This document shows, in pieces, positions 13,761-27,794 of a DNA stretch of 64,000 bases. Each line of letters opens with the position of its first letter. The first letter of the stretch is position 1. The position numbers and the translations under genes are program-made. The notes below the pieces were generated by a model. That model did no database searches. It saw only the letters and a program-made list of their open reading frames with translations, and was not told the origin of the DNA. Origin of the DNA: the human T2T-CHM13v2.0 reference genome, Homo sapiens; NCBI RefSeq assembly GCF_009914755.1, contig NC_060931.1. One strand, 5' to 3'.

Positions 13761-15036
13761 TAGATCATTATTAGCAATCAATGTAGGCAGCTACTCTATA
13801 TCACTTTCAGGTGTTTCACATACATTATATTATTTATTCACTTTAAGAAATCTATAATATACATTTAATTAACCATTGTATTAGTGAGAACAATGGGATT
13901 CAGGCTTCAGAATATCTGGAGGGAGTCTGAATCACACTTCATCATAAAAGAGCAAACCAATGTCTAGAGCAGCCGAAGGTGAGTGGTAATGTGGCATATT
14001 TAGGCAAAGTGAATCTTCAATGCCATTCTATGTCCTAAATCTTCCTTGGCTTCAGCAGGACATGGAAATTTAAGAAAGCCCTTTGAAATGAGCAAGAAAG
14101 GAACAAGGGTCGGTATGTCTGCTAGGAGATAGGCTCCGTGCAGGATCAAAGAAATTCTAATGCAGAGGCTGAGAGATGGAAAGTGGGAAGCAGACACCCA
14201 GCTGAAGGATAATGGTAAAGAACCACCTACAGCTGAGGGGCCCTAAGCAGGTTGAGAAGATTGGCCAAGTTCTAAGTAGCAGTCAAGTTCACTATCTATA
14301 TCAAGAGAACAAAAGCAAGCAAATACACCAGATACCTTGTCATATAAGTTTCTCCCTGCGCCCAGGCATGGAGAAACAAAGTAAAGAAGATTAGAGAATA
14401 TAGAAAAAGAGTTAGAACTTACTAAATCCTTAGTTGACCACAAAAGGCTGTTTTGATCTGAAAGAGGCTAACCTTCAAGTGATGAGATTAATTTTTCCCT
14501 CTCCTAGGAAAGAGAATGTCAGCTCATAAGCAAGTTAAGTTCCCTAAAGAGAAACAGTCAAATTTCTGCATATTAAATCTTAGGTATGTAAATTTTGACA
14601 ACCCCATTTCCCAATACTTGCACCTGTACTTTCCTTCCATGGAAATTGTCTTGGACAAGCAATCAAGATTTCTGCCATATCCACAGCCATCTTTCTGAGG
14701 GACATTTTCCCTTTGACAATCCCTGATGAAATAGGAGCTCCCTTACACATGGCTAGAAATATTCTAATGTATGGCCTTGTCTTTGACTTCTAACCAATTG
14801 TATCAGGACTTATATTAGACCTGCAAGAAGTTAACTTCTGAGTCAATGGCATGTAACGAGCCAAATATAAAAGACCTGTATAAATAAAGATAACGCACTG
14901 AGCCAATCAGATGCTCTCACCACAAGATGACAGTTGGATGAAATAGCATGGATCAAAGGTTTAAGTAGAAGTAGAACTGAAGAGACTAGTGGGAGGAAAA
15001 CAGTATTCAGATCTACTGAGCAATAGAATTGGTGGT

Positions 15037-15439
15037 TATGATAGACAGAATAATGGCTTCCCAAACATCCATATCCTAATCCCCAGAACCTGTTAATATG
15101 TTGTTACATAGCAAAAGGGAATTAAGTTTGCAGATGGAATTAAATTTACTAATCAGCTGGACTTAAAAGAAGATTACCCTAGATAGTCAGAGTTAGCCAA
15201 TGGAATCACAAAGGTCCTTAAAAATGGAAGAGGAAGATGTGACTAAGGAAGAGTAAACTAGGGAAATGGCAGCATGAGAAGAAATCAGGCCAACACTGCT
15301 GGCTTTGAAGACCAAGGGAAGGAGAAATGAGCCACAGAAAGGACTTCTCATCTCCAGAATTGTAAGATAATGAATCTGCATTGTTTTAAACCAATAAGTT
15401 TTTAGTCATCTGTCACCATAGCAATAGAAGACTAACATA
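15037..15439 (+). mobile_element. MLT1 (MLT1D-like) solo LTR
   Basis: cagaataatggc...tcctaatccccagaacctg...ttgcagatggaattaa; 3' ccagaattgtaagataa...agcaatagaagactaa. Confidence 0.8.
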
Positions 15440-15597
15440 ATGAGTTAGCTGTGAAGAGCTCCCAGCAGAGTCAACAATAATAGCTTCTGAGGCTGCCTTG
15501 CCTCTGAACTGCCCTTCCTCTGACCAAACTATTTTCTAAATAACTTGAGTTCTTGCTGAAAGCCAGGCTCCTCCTGAGTTCGCTTAATTTGGCTAAG

Positions 15598-15738
15598 TTT
15601 GTTTTTTGTTTTTTTTTTTTTTTAATAGGATCTCACTATGTTGTTCAGGCTGGTCTTGAACTCTCAGGCTTAAGCAATCCTCCTTCCTCAGCCTCCCAAA
15701 GCGCTGGGATTACAGGCGTGAGCCACAGCACCCAGTCT
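15598..15738 (-). mobile_element. FLAM / free left Alu monomer
   Basis: Single left monomer with its own poly(T). Confidence 0.85.
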
Positions 15739-17038
15739 ATTTTTTTTTTTATAAGTAGATTGATAATAAACTTTCTGAGTGATTCACTATTCCTAATAAT
15801 GAAAAATTCTAACAGAATCCCATGTCTGAAGTTGTGATTAACATTATTTATTTATTATAACTTTGCATTTTCATTTCATTTATCATTAGATTCTGATGAA
15901 TATGAAAGATGAGCTCCATTGTGAGCAACATACAATTTCCATTAGGCATCAGGAAATAATGAAATTAGTTCAAGGATACCCATTATTACCTTCACAATTG
16001 TGTGAGGTTCTAAGAAGAAAGATGACAGAAAAGCTAAAAATATCGAAATGAACATACATACATACATTGTATAAAACTAGACAAACTGGATAAATAAATA
16101 TCATCCTACCTCAAAATAATGAGAAGTGGGATTAAAAGAAAGTGTTACATTATATTTCCCACCATCATTCTAATTCCACTCTCTATTGGGTAACAGGAGT
16201 AAATTCAATATCTTCAATACTAATGAAGGCAAGAAAAGGGATTCATTGTCACCTCTGCTGCTTCAGATACCCACAAAATCAATTTCACTTAATTTTAGTT
16301 GAATTTTGCAACGTGGGATGGTTTGTCTGTGGGTTATACATTTTTTTTTCCTTTATTAAGTATTCCTTGGGCTTTCGAACTACTTGTTCCCTAGCAACTA
16401 AGAATGTCTTCTTTCTAAAAGGTGTATTAACAGAAAAGAATGATATAATGTACTTTCTCGGTCACTTTCAAGGATCAAAGTTCCCTTAACTAAACAAATA
16501 CTAATGTAGTATTTTTCTATATCATTAAGTCTCTTTTTTCTTTATCATAAGTCTCCTCATCATCTAAGCTGGCCATCACACAGAAATGTTGAGAAATGTG
16601 AAGATTCCTTCACCTAAGGTAAAGAGTAACTAGTGACTGTAGATCTGAATTGATGTTAGAATATACTTTAACAACAACAAATACAATACAAACAAAACCT
16701 CCTTTTCCCCATGAAAATTAGCTGTTTTAACAAAATGAATTTTGCCATAAAAATTATTTAATCATTTCTAATTAGTCCCTGATCTCTTCAACCTCTTCCT
16801 TCCCTTTGATTAAAATAATAAATGATGTAATCTACTAAATAAAAATCAAGCTTTTAAAATGTCTTACTCTTTAGCATATTGTCGATTGTGTTTAGGGCTG
16901 CTGGGTAAAGAACTAATGCAAATACCAACTGCTAAAATGTATTAATTCAACTTAGTGTGTGCATTTATGAAACTATAGGTAATCATTTTACAAGATGCAT
17001 GACACTGTATTAATGTCATTTTTAAAAATCACATTTGA

Positions 17039-17342
<304 letters not shown>

Positions 17343-17519
17343 AAAAATCACATTTGATTCTCTGCATCTTCACTCTAAGTAAATTATGGCCTTTTTTTTC
17401 TTTTCCCTATAACCTAGCTTTTTGAATTGGGACACTACCTTTGAAATTTTTTATGACTTGATATTTCTATTTTGCTACTTATAAGCATGTGCAAACATCA
17501 AAGATATATAATTTATATA

Positions 17520-17675
17520 CGTGTGATGTTTATTGAGTATTTTCTATTCCCCTTCACCACAAGGTAAATCTCAAGAAGACAAAGATTTTTGTCTGTTTTG
17601 TTCACTGGTACGTAACCAGCGCATAGCACAGTGCCTGGCACAATCAATACCAATTGCATGAATTAGTGAATGGAT
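17520..17675 (+). mobile_element. L2 3' end
   Basis: tttgtctgttttgttcactg...agcacagtgcctggcac...tgaat. Confidence 0.7.
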
Positions 17676-19324
17676 ACTGATTCTCTGTCAGGCTTTGCTG
17701 GGAATGTGAATAATGATTTATAACAACTTCTTCCCTGTATTTTAAAATCAGTATTTATTTTAAACCTAAAAAAATCATGGTTAAGTAAGATGCTATGCAG
17801 TTACATAATAGACTACAAATACAACACCGATACAATAATTAAATTCCAACAATAGAATAAATACACAAATTAAGGTAATGATCAGTGTGAGGAAGAATAT
17901 GAGTGTTCCAATGAAGAGATATAGAAATGTATGCTGTCAGAATTCAGAGGAAATTAAGATCACATAGGATGCAATAGTCACATAAATGAAACTACAGCCA
18001 CGTTTTGGAGGAAACGTGATTCAGTAATGGATGAAAGAGATCAGAATGGGTGTAATACAAGGAGTTATGGGAAAATAAAGAGTGAAAGGCAAATTGAGAC
18101 ATAATTATGAAGGATGGTAAAAGGATCCTTCATATAAAAGGATGGTTTATATCTTATTCTCTAGTCTACCCAACATATTTTAGACTAGTAAACTACCTAG
18201 CTCAGAACTTCTAGTGGCTATCACAGCAATTAGTACATAGGAAGAATCTGAATTATAAATTTGTTTACTACAAACACAATCCAAACATATATATACACAC
18301 ACATGCAATTATATACATACCACATATACACACATATATAAATGCATAATTTGGTCATAGCCTCAAATTTATAGTGCATAATTTTCCAATGATAACTATA
18401 TCAAACTAGCATTCTAATACCAAACTCACGAGTCTCCCTAGCCACTCTATTCTTTCTATTTGCTGTGATACAGCTTCTTAGCTAGGACTATAGCATTTCA
18501 AATGGAGCATCGTCTTTAGAAGGATATTTAGGAAGAATGAAGTCACAATTGGTGAGCGTTCTGCAGCACACACTGCTACTCGCCCTAGCTCCTATTAACA
18601 AGAACACGATGGTGATGCTTCCGAGCAATATATTAAAGACAGAAGAAAGAAAAGAACAAGTGACAATCGCAAACAGGCCACTTAATTTTCTCCATGTTAT
18701 ACATAGAACAGGTGATTATATTTAACCAGAAGTGCAGGTTGTCCCTAGAACAGAAAAACTAAACTATAACAAAGACTAAAGAATTTTTTGGTTTTTAGGA
18801 TAAACGCATTTGACACAAAAAGTAAATTTTAAGTTCATGTTTAAGAATACTTAGATTCAAAACAAGGAAAACATTAACATACACAAATAACAGAAACTCT
18901 CTACCTGTTTTTTTGTTGTTGTCGTTGTTTAATTCTGGAGATAATTTATTAACCTAGCCTCTCTTTTTCCATATCTGAAGCTATATATAAATTTGAATAC
19001 ACATTTTGGCCAGAAAATTCATATGCAATTAGAAGTGAAAAAGATCATACTAAATTCATTAAAACTAAATTTAAAAATAATTAACCATAGGCTGAGTGAG
19101 CTGCCTGTTTAATGTCTCTAACCCCAAACGACCTAAATATATTTCACTGCCAATAAAACAATTTTTAAAAGCAGCCCAGTTTAATTTGCCCATAACTGTC
19201 ATATCTTATTAACAAATGGCTTTTCTAAAGCAAAACTGATATGTACCAATGCTGATACACAATTTTACAAATTTATATTCATTTAAAGAATTTCATACAC
19301 TCAGATTCTTCAGTTCTTCTTGAG

Positions 19325-19630
19325 CAGTTTTTCAACCTTAGTACAATTGACATTTTACAGATAATTCTCTGTTGTGAAGGGATGTCTCATGCATTGTAGG
19401 ATGTTTAAAAGCCTCATTGGCCTCTATGCCAACAGTATGCACGTAGCAACCACCCCATGGCCCCAGTTATGATAATCACAAGTATTTCCATACCATCCCA
19501 TGCCCTGAGTTATGATAATCACAAGTATTTCCATACCATCCCATGCCCTGAGTTATGATAATCAGAAGTATTTCCAAAGATTGCCAAATGTATGCCAGGG
19601 CACAAAACAGCCCCTGGCTGAGAACCATTG
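19325..19630. mobile_element. MER20 hAT DNA transposon with an internal 43-bp triplication
   Basis: cagtttttcaacct...gataattctctgttgtg...gcattgtaggatgttta...ttgccaaatgt...ggctgagaaccattg. Confidence 0.85.
19450..19578. repeat. minisatellite, 3 x 43 bp
   Basis: ccatcccatgccctgagttatgataatcacaagtatttccata-type units start at 19450, 19493 and 19536. Confidence 0.93.
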
Positions 19631-20946
19631 CACTAAATATATGTTTAGAGTAACAATAAATAATAACATATCCCTCAAGTACTAGCATAACTTCAGAAAA
19701 TGTTAATTAACGGCCGGAAGAGAATGGGAAGGTAAAAGAAAAAACGTTTTAATATCTGTTGAGAAAATATTGAAAGTCACCCTAAAATTAGAAATCCCCT
19801 GAGTTTATTCTGTGTCTTTGAAAATGAATGTAATTAACCACTGTTTAAACAAAAATAGCTTCTTACTTAAAAAACTCCAGTGCAGCAGGGAGGCAGGGGG
19901 AGGATGATGGTGAAGGGAAACCATACTCTCTGCATTCTTTATAGTGCTATATTCTGCAGTCAAAATAGATTTCTTTCTACTTAGGACAAAAAGAGCAAAT
20001 CCAGGAGTATAAGATAATTTTAAATTGCCTACATCGTTATGGTGCTGATTTAGTTACAGCACTTAATTGTTGAGGAAAGTAAGGCAACTCTGAATAAAAG
20101 CAAAACATATGGAATTAATAATAAATAGCTGTATTTGTTTATTTAAAGTGAGAAAGCACATAACTTCTTTAAAATTTTATATTGCCTTTTACCCTCAAAA
20201 CAATTGTGTAAAGGGAATTCTAATATCTGATATTCTAATATGGCTTCTTTCAGCACTCCCGGAAATCTTTCTTGTTGCCTGCGCGTCTTGCTGATTCCCT
20301 AGTCAGGATCACCAATGATTAATTGTGCTCTGTTTTTGAGTATCTCCCTCTGTAAATATATTAAACTCTCCGCCACCTAGAAAAAGAATATTCTATTTAC
20401 ATGAGATGACATGACCACAATGTCAAAGAGTAAGCATTAGTCTGAATTACTAATGAAAAGAAATTCTTCACTCAGAACGCTTATGTAAATACTACCTTAA
20501 TTGAGAGTGTTGAATGCTCAATATTTATACACATTTCATATTTACATCTTTGAGTAGCATATTGAAATGTAAAGGTATTGGTTTTGAAACTTTCACTTAA
20601 TAAATCATTAACAATGAATCAAAAGCCAGGAAGTTCTATGGCAATGCCACTGTAGAATGGGCCTACCTTCAAAAATAAGCTTCCAGGAAAAATTTAATCC
20701 ACACATTATTCTAAACATATTTGCAGATGCTATCCTAAAATTTTAGAAATTCAGACAGTTTACCTTTAAGAAGAAAGCTTCATAACAACAATGTGACATG
20801 CACCATTTCAAATGGCAATGGTAAACATTTCATTAACTTTAAAACATTGTTTACAGGAATATTAAGACTATTTAATTTTTAAAAATGTTATCTATTCATA
20901 AATATGTGATGATCAGCCTTGCCATTTGCCAGTGCAGTAGCTAAAG

Positions 20947-20948
<2 letters not shown>

Positions 20949-20982
<34 letters not shown>
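20949..20982 (+). repeat. (GT)17 microsatellite
   Basis: Direct read. Confidence 0.97.
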
Positions 20983-20984
<2 letters not shown>

Positions 20985-21189
20985 AGAAATATATTTCAAA
21001 ATATTCTATAATTCAGATTATTAAAAATACATATATATTTTTCTAAATTTGGGGACTGTTTTCCTATTTTTCTGTCTAAAATGTTTTAAATGTGTAAATA
21101 CAGCTTCCATCTCTGTTAATACAGCTTTAATACATTTTTATATATTCAGATAATAATACATACAAGTGAAGACTGCTCTTGTCCTCCAC

Positions 21190-21560
21190 TATTGGTTCTG
21201 TCCCCTTCCATTGTGACAGAATTTTAGTGGGGCACATGGCTGCTCAGAAAAAGGCTCCACTTCTTTGACACTTTTTGAGTTAGATGTGACTAAGTTCTAA
21301 CCACTGGAATGTGAGCAAAATGTCTTACTCTTAAATGACTGGATATCTTCTCTCCAAATCTCTTTCCCTTTACATGACAGCTGGGAAAGAAGAGCAACTG
21401 GAAGAATCATTTTGCACCCAGGCATGGAAGCCCCATGCTAAGGATGGCAGAGTCACCCTGCCAGTCCTAGATGGCTTACCTCTCAACTGCTATGTGGCAG
21501 AAAAATACATGTTTAGCTTGTATCTTTGTCATACTGGCCCAGCCTGTACCCCAGCTTATA
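21190..21560 (+). mobile_element. LTR33-like ERVL LTR remnant
   Basis: attttagtggggcacatggctgctcagaa...tgtgactaagttctaaccactggaatgtgagca. Confidence 0.55.
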
Positions 21561-22540
21561 CAATGTCACCAAGTAATATGACAAATGAATGACATTTGTT
21601 GAGTTCTCACTATATGTCAATAAATATTTTATACAGATTGTATCGTTAATCCCAACAACTCCATGAGATTAAATAACTTGGCCAGATCCTAAAGCTGGCA
21701 ATTGGCAGAACCAAGGTATAATAGCCTTAGGGATTTTTCAGAGGGATATGCTATAATACTCCATTTAAAGTATTATGGGTTTTCTTCAGTTAGAAGACCA
21801 TGAAGAAAAAAATCAGTGAAAACTTACTTTCTGTACCATTGTTAGCAATTATTTCAATGGAAATACAAACAAACCATTTCTGTGCTATCAACAGAAATGG
21901 GAGGTTTTAAATTATGCATGTATATTATATGTTGACATTTCCTTACACTCTTTTCTTTTTGAAAAAAAAAATCAAATGGAAATATTCAAGAGTAGATCAT
22001 TGTTAGTGGCAGAGCTTTGGCTTCTTCTAATTTATATCTTTTATAAAAAGAGCATTAGCATAATCTGATATACTCACCTTGTTTATGTGGGGATTTGCTT
22101 ATGTTTTCAAGGTACAAATAAGGATAAAAAATGCTATTAACATATGTTCTAAAGCATACAAGAAGGTGTTTCAAATTTCAGAGTTGCATCCAATTTAATA
22201 GTTGTGTAACTTAGAACAAAATTTTAACCTTCTCTCAATTATTTTACCCATCTTGTGGATGAGCATATACAACTGATGGACATATGTATTCTCCAAATGG
22301 TTCAGTAATGGAATAATCCAATAAGAGACATCTTAAAAGTCTAATGCATCAGGGACAATAGTCCTAAACAAACCTATTCACTCTTGATCTTTAACAGAAG
22401 ACAGGCAGGTAACCTGGGAAAAATCTCACATTTGTAAAGTTGAAGCACTGAATGTATTTAATAATATTAGCAACTTTCCATGGGCTACTATTTTAGGATA
22501 CAATAAAGCAATTTTCACTAAATTGCAAAAATATATTACT

Positions 22541-22612
22541 ATTTTATTTTATTTTATTTTTGAGACAGGGTCTCACTCTGAAGCCCAGGCCGCAGTGCAG
22601 TGGCATGATCAC
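22541..22612 (-). mobile_element. severely 5'-truncated Alu (about 50 nt plus tail)
   Basis: tgagacagggtctcactctg...gtgcagtggcatgatc, flanked by perfect 15-bp TSD caaaaatatattact. Confidence 0.9.
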
Positions 22613-24832
22613 CAAAAATATATTACTTTAGCTGTGGTGCCTGTGTTGGTTCTTGGCCTTCATGTAAAAAGCTAATTGTACCCTGTGAATCCAATAAAAA
22701 TGAATGTAATTTGTAATTTGAAGAACCTTCATTTCTACAATAATAAATTTCTAACTGGAGCCCTGCTAAGCTCCTGTATTTATTCAACTTCTGGTCCTCA
22801 CCATATATCCAACACCCCCAATCTCAGCTCAAAGTTCACTCTAAACTCTGACATCCTTCAGCAAAAGGAATGAGGCAATACGGAATCATCTGTCTGTGTA
22901 AGATGACACTCTTTGTGTGCCCTAGTACTTAAATTCTATTTCCAATAATGAATTCTGCTCTAATACTCCTCCCACCACCCCAGTTACCTAACACATTATT
23001 CATTAATTTGGAATTTTTCTGTGACCGTAATGAGGTATGTATCCCATAAACAGAAAATTAGAGATTTTCTTTCATCTTTTCCATTCTATTTTGTTATGTT
23101 AATTCAGTCATTGATTAATTCATCAATATCTATACTCTTCTTAGTAATCTATCCTTCATAAAGCATAATAGAAACCAGGTGAAAGTTCTTTTTGGTTAAT
23201 GATTCATTGCAAAAAAGCAGATTCAGAAAAAAAAAGTTTCACATATTAACACCAAAAGGAACAATGAGGCCAGCCAAGCAAGTTGTTTTTTAAGGCTGGG
23301 GAAGCACTCACAGAGTAAGGGAGATGCTCCCAAGAGCAGCTTATTTTTAATCTCCATCTGTCGATAAAGACAGTCATATAACTTCTCACCAGAACCTGTA
23401 CTTTCTTTTTTTTCTCATTATGATTAAATAAAATCTTTGCTCTCAATTTAAATAGTATCTAAATGAAAATTAACAAAGAAGATTTGGTGGTACTTCCATA
23501 AACTCCATGACTTTCATAGAGGCTCACTTACTACCTACACACTTTCATATTCTAATATAGTTTCCCACAGTGAATCATTGCAGATCCCAAGCATCGGCAC
23601 ACAATAACTTTCAAGTTTCTTTGCACTAGTAATCGAGATTTTTTTTTTATCAACAGAGTGTCAGTTCTCTGAGGAGAGGAATACTGTTTCTTTGTTTATC
23701 CTTGGCAGCCTGCACAGTGTCTGGGACATATTACGTGCTCAACATAATACACTGACTAGAATTAAATCTGATCATTGTTATTCGCAGGGAACACCTTTCA
23801 TTTCCAAACGTATTCCTTATCTCACAGACACTTAGGTTTGTTCAACACTCTCTACAGTTGTTTTATAAAGAGATTCTGGTATAATTTTTTGAAGTTTGTG
23901 TGTATTTGGTTTCCTTAAGAATTTCTATTAATACATAAAGTAACCACACATTCCAGTTTCTCATATATATTTACATGATAAAAAGTCATGCTATATATGA
24001 AGCTGCTTTTATACCACTTTATCTCATTGACTCATCACATTTTTGGAAAATAAAAGGCCTCATTGCATCACTAACAACACAAAATGAGAATATTTTCAAA
24101 TGTATTATTTACATTGAAACGAAAGTAGTGGGGCCCTTAAAAAGTGACATTTAATTTTTAATAAATCTTACAGAACCTATACATGTAAATGCTCTTACCC
24201 ATGGAAAATAATCTAGTTAAGATGCCATACAAATATTTATATTGCTGTCACTCAAAAATCACTTTAGAGTGACTTTCATAGCTAATTCATAAGTCACAAG
24301 AAAAATCGTCTTTTATAGAGTCTCCTTATCTTGCACCAGAACCGTTATTACTGATCTCAGTGACTATCTCTAATCTCTAGACATGCCTGTAAACACTTTT
24401 CAAATAATTTTTACCCTAATAGAATGAATATATGTTTTCACTGAGGATATTCAAAAGAATCCATCACAGGAGTTCAAGTCACCACTGTATGAGGGATTAT
24501 TAAATATATTCTGAAGAATGGAAACATTATAATAGTAAGTACATGACTTCCCTATTTAAATTTACGGAGAGTATACATAACACGCAGACTCACTTAAGTG
24601 AGACCTACGTATCAACTGCAAAGTGTGCTGAGAAAGTTTCCTTAATTTCTAAGGATGGCATTTCCTGTTCACAGTAACTAGCAGTACCAATGGTTTCTCT
24701 CAGAATTTCACCACCAGATCCACATGAGAAATCATATCCCATTTGTAATATAGAGACACAGTTTCCTAGAAGATAGAACTGCATTCGAATTAATGAAAAG
24801 ATTAAGAAATCTCTTTGGTGGATTTTACTCAC

Positions 24833-24914
24833 ATCAACAAGCTGATTGACTCCACTTGCTGTTTTTGCCAGTGTGACAAGGTCTTCTTGCATCTTATCCA
24901 CCCATGATTTGATA
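24833..24914 (-). CDS. CACNA2D1: CACNA2D1 coding exon (exon 2), 82 nt, phase 2 to 0
   Basis: Minus strand reads tttctgatttctgcag|T ATC AAA TCA TGG GTG GAT AAG ATG...GTT GAT|gtgagt, translating [27 protein letters not shown]. This matches the alpha-2/delta-1 sequence just after the signal peptide as I recall it. Confidence 0.97.
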
Positions 24915-25648
24915 CTGCAGAAATCAGAAAAGATTATGTTCTATCAGATCTCTGGCAAATAAAAGTCACATGCTGATATTTTATATCCACGCTACAGATA
25001 ATTCATTAAAATGCCCTTAAATTATTCCTCTCCCTCCTAGCACCGACTATGTCCACCCTTCCACTCCAGCTTTAAATTGCAAAAGCACTGAATCCTTAGT
25101 GTGCAGGCTTTCAGGATGCTGAAATGCCTCCAAATCAAAGGAGAAAAATGACATTGATGTCTTGTCCAAGGAGAGTAAACAATTTGCTTATTTTGAATTA
25201 AAATTCCATTAAATAGCTATTAAACATTCTAAACTACAAACTTTATCTTTTAGCTTACAAGTCTTCTGAATATAATAGTAAGATCATACTAAATGCAGAC
25301 CATTTGTAAAATGCAAGAATAATTCCACCAGCCAGGTGGAACATTCAACAATTTGATGCATTCCCTTCTAGTGTTTTAAAATTCATTCACATAGTTGAAA
25401 GTATGTTATATAAAATGCATATCTCTTTTAGCTTTATAACATATGATACATACTTTCCCATGACGTTACATTTTGTAAACATTTTATTTTTAATGGCCAC
25501 TTAATATTCCATTATCTCTATATTCCATAATATACTTGATTATCCTCCTTTTTAAAGAGAAATTTAAGATATCATCAGCTTTTAACCACTACATACTACA
25601 CCACCACAAATATCTTAGAGCCTGAAGCTTAAGAATATTTTATTTCCG

Positions 25649-26190
<542 letters not shown>

Positions 26191-27794
26191 CTAAATCCAT
26201 GTTCTATCTCACTTTTTCCTGGTATGAGAGATATTACCAAATAGAACCACACAAACTTCCCCATTCATATTAAAATCATTTAACTTGTATTCCTCCATAT
26301 ATTTCACTTATTCTTCCTCAGGTTGTAGACCTAAAGCATGTATTCCTTTTTGCCAAGGCAATTGTAAAGAAACATTAGTAAGCCAGTAAGAATGCTAGAT
26401 GATTTATATTTGAATTTGAACTTTTCTCTACATATCTATATATAATTTCAATAATGGAGATTTAACTGTGTATGTCTTCTCTTCCTTAGGGAAGAATTCC
26501 AGTAGTATAAATATAAATTTTTTAAAATATAAATGTAAGTAGTATAAATATATATTTTTTCAGATAAATTTAAATATAACAAAATATGGAATAAAAATAT
26601 AACATGGAAGAGATTTAAATGACATGTAAGAGAGCATTTAAAAGAATGATGAGCTGATAAGAGAAAGAAAAAAATGGAAAGCCAGTTATAAAAAAGGATG
26701 AAATGCCTTAGAGGAAAACACAGAGGCTTGACTTACATATGAAACAAACTAGTTACTAAATGGAATACATTAAAACTAGGAATACTTTAGCACATATGAA
26801 AATAAGGAAGAATACTTATTGAACCACGCTGTATGAACAGGATAGAAAAAGGTAAATGAATATCAAGAAACAAAAACAAATAAAAGGGAATAATGTATAA
26901 AATAGAGAAAAATTGTTATAATAACATTTTAACTAGTGCTACTTATTAGCTGGTGCCTATATTTGAAAAATATTATAAGTAAATATTCTTAGTAAACATA
27001 GTTGTGCCCCATTTTTATATTAAATACAAAAAATTATAGTAGGGTACAGGTAGGAGCAAAAACCATTGATCCAGTAATTTCCTAATTTAGATGAGACTAT
27101 CTCATTTCTCTAAGCAGGTGCTGAACAAGTCCTAGAACCTACAAAAAATGAGTCATCTCTTCTCAAATATAATTTCCAACACTGACAAATAATAAGACAC
27201 GTTATACATCCCTTTAGCTCGAAACTGAGAGGCAAAGAATATATATGTAAAGAAGTGAACTTAACTCATCCCTGAATTCTGATTTATACTAAACTGACCC
27301 AAAACATGTATTCTAACTTGACACAAGTGCACTGTCACTTCCAGTGTTCATTTAGGTGAGCCTGTTTTGGCTGAAAAGCAATTCAGAACCCATCCAGTCT
27401 TCCCTACCCCACTGACAAGCTGTTAGGAACACTTTATAGGAGCAAGGATTATTTTTTATAAATATGAGGTGTTAACTTGGTTTTCTGAAATACTTAGGCA
27501 CTCTGCCTTTCAACCTGGAATTAAAAGGTTATAAAAAATAGAAAATAAGGAAAGGTCCCATTCATCATGAAAGTAAAAAATTACTCAAGGGAAAACACTC
27601 ATATGAGCAAAAATTTTTTATCAATCTTTCTCTTTCTTGGTAAACTGTCAAGCACAAATATGTAATCGCTAAGCACTGTTTTATTAAATTTATCCAGAAG
27701 ACACTATAAAATTTGGGGGAAATTACAGAGGATACAGCTTTTTCACATAATAAGAAACTAACATAGCACTCCATTAGGAAGAATTCATTGTTGT

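Noticed and set aside
19450-19578. Repeat arrays as CRISPR-like (also 34013-34102 and 25985-26078)
   Set aside because: No unique spacers of constant length, no cas genes, and a primate intronic context
24605-24901. 98-aa ORF as a stand-alone protein
   Set aside because: Only 24833-24914 is exonic; the track's start is an internal GTG (Val) and the tail is intron read-through past the GTGAGT donor
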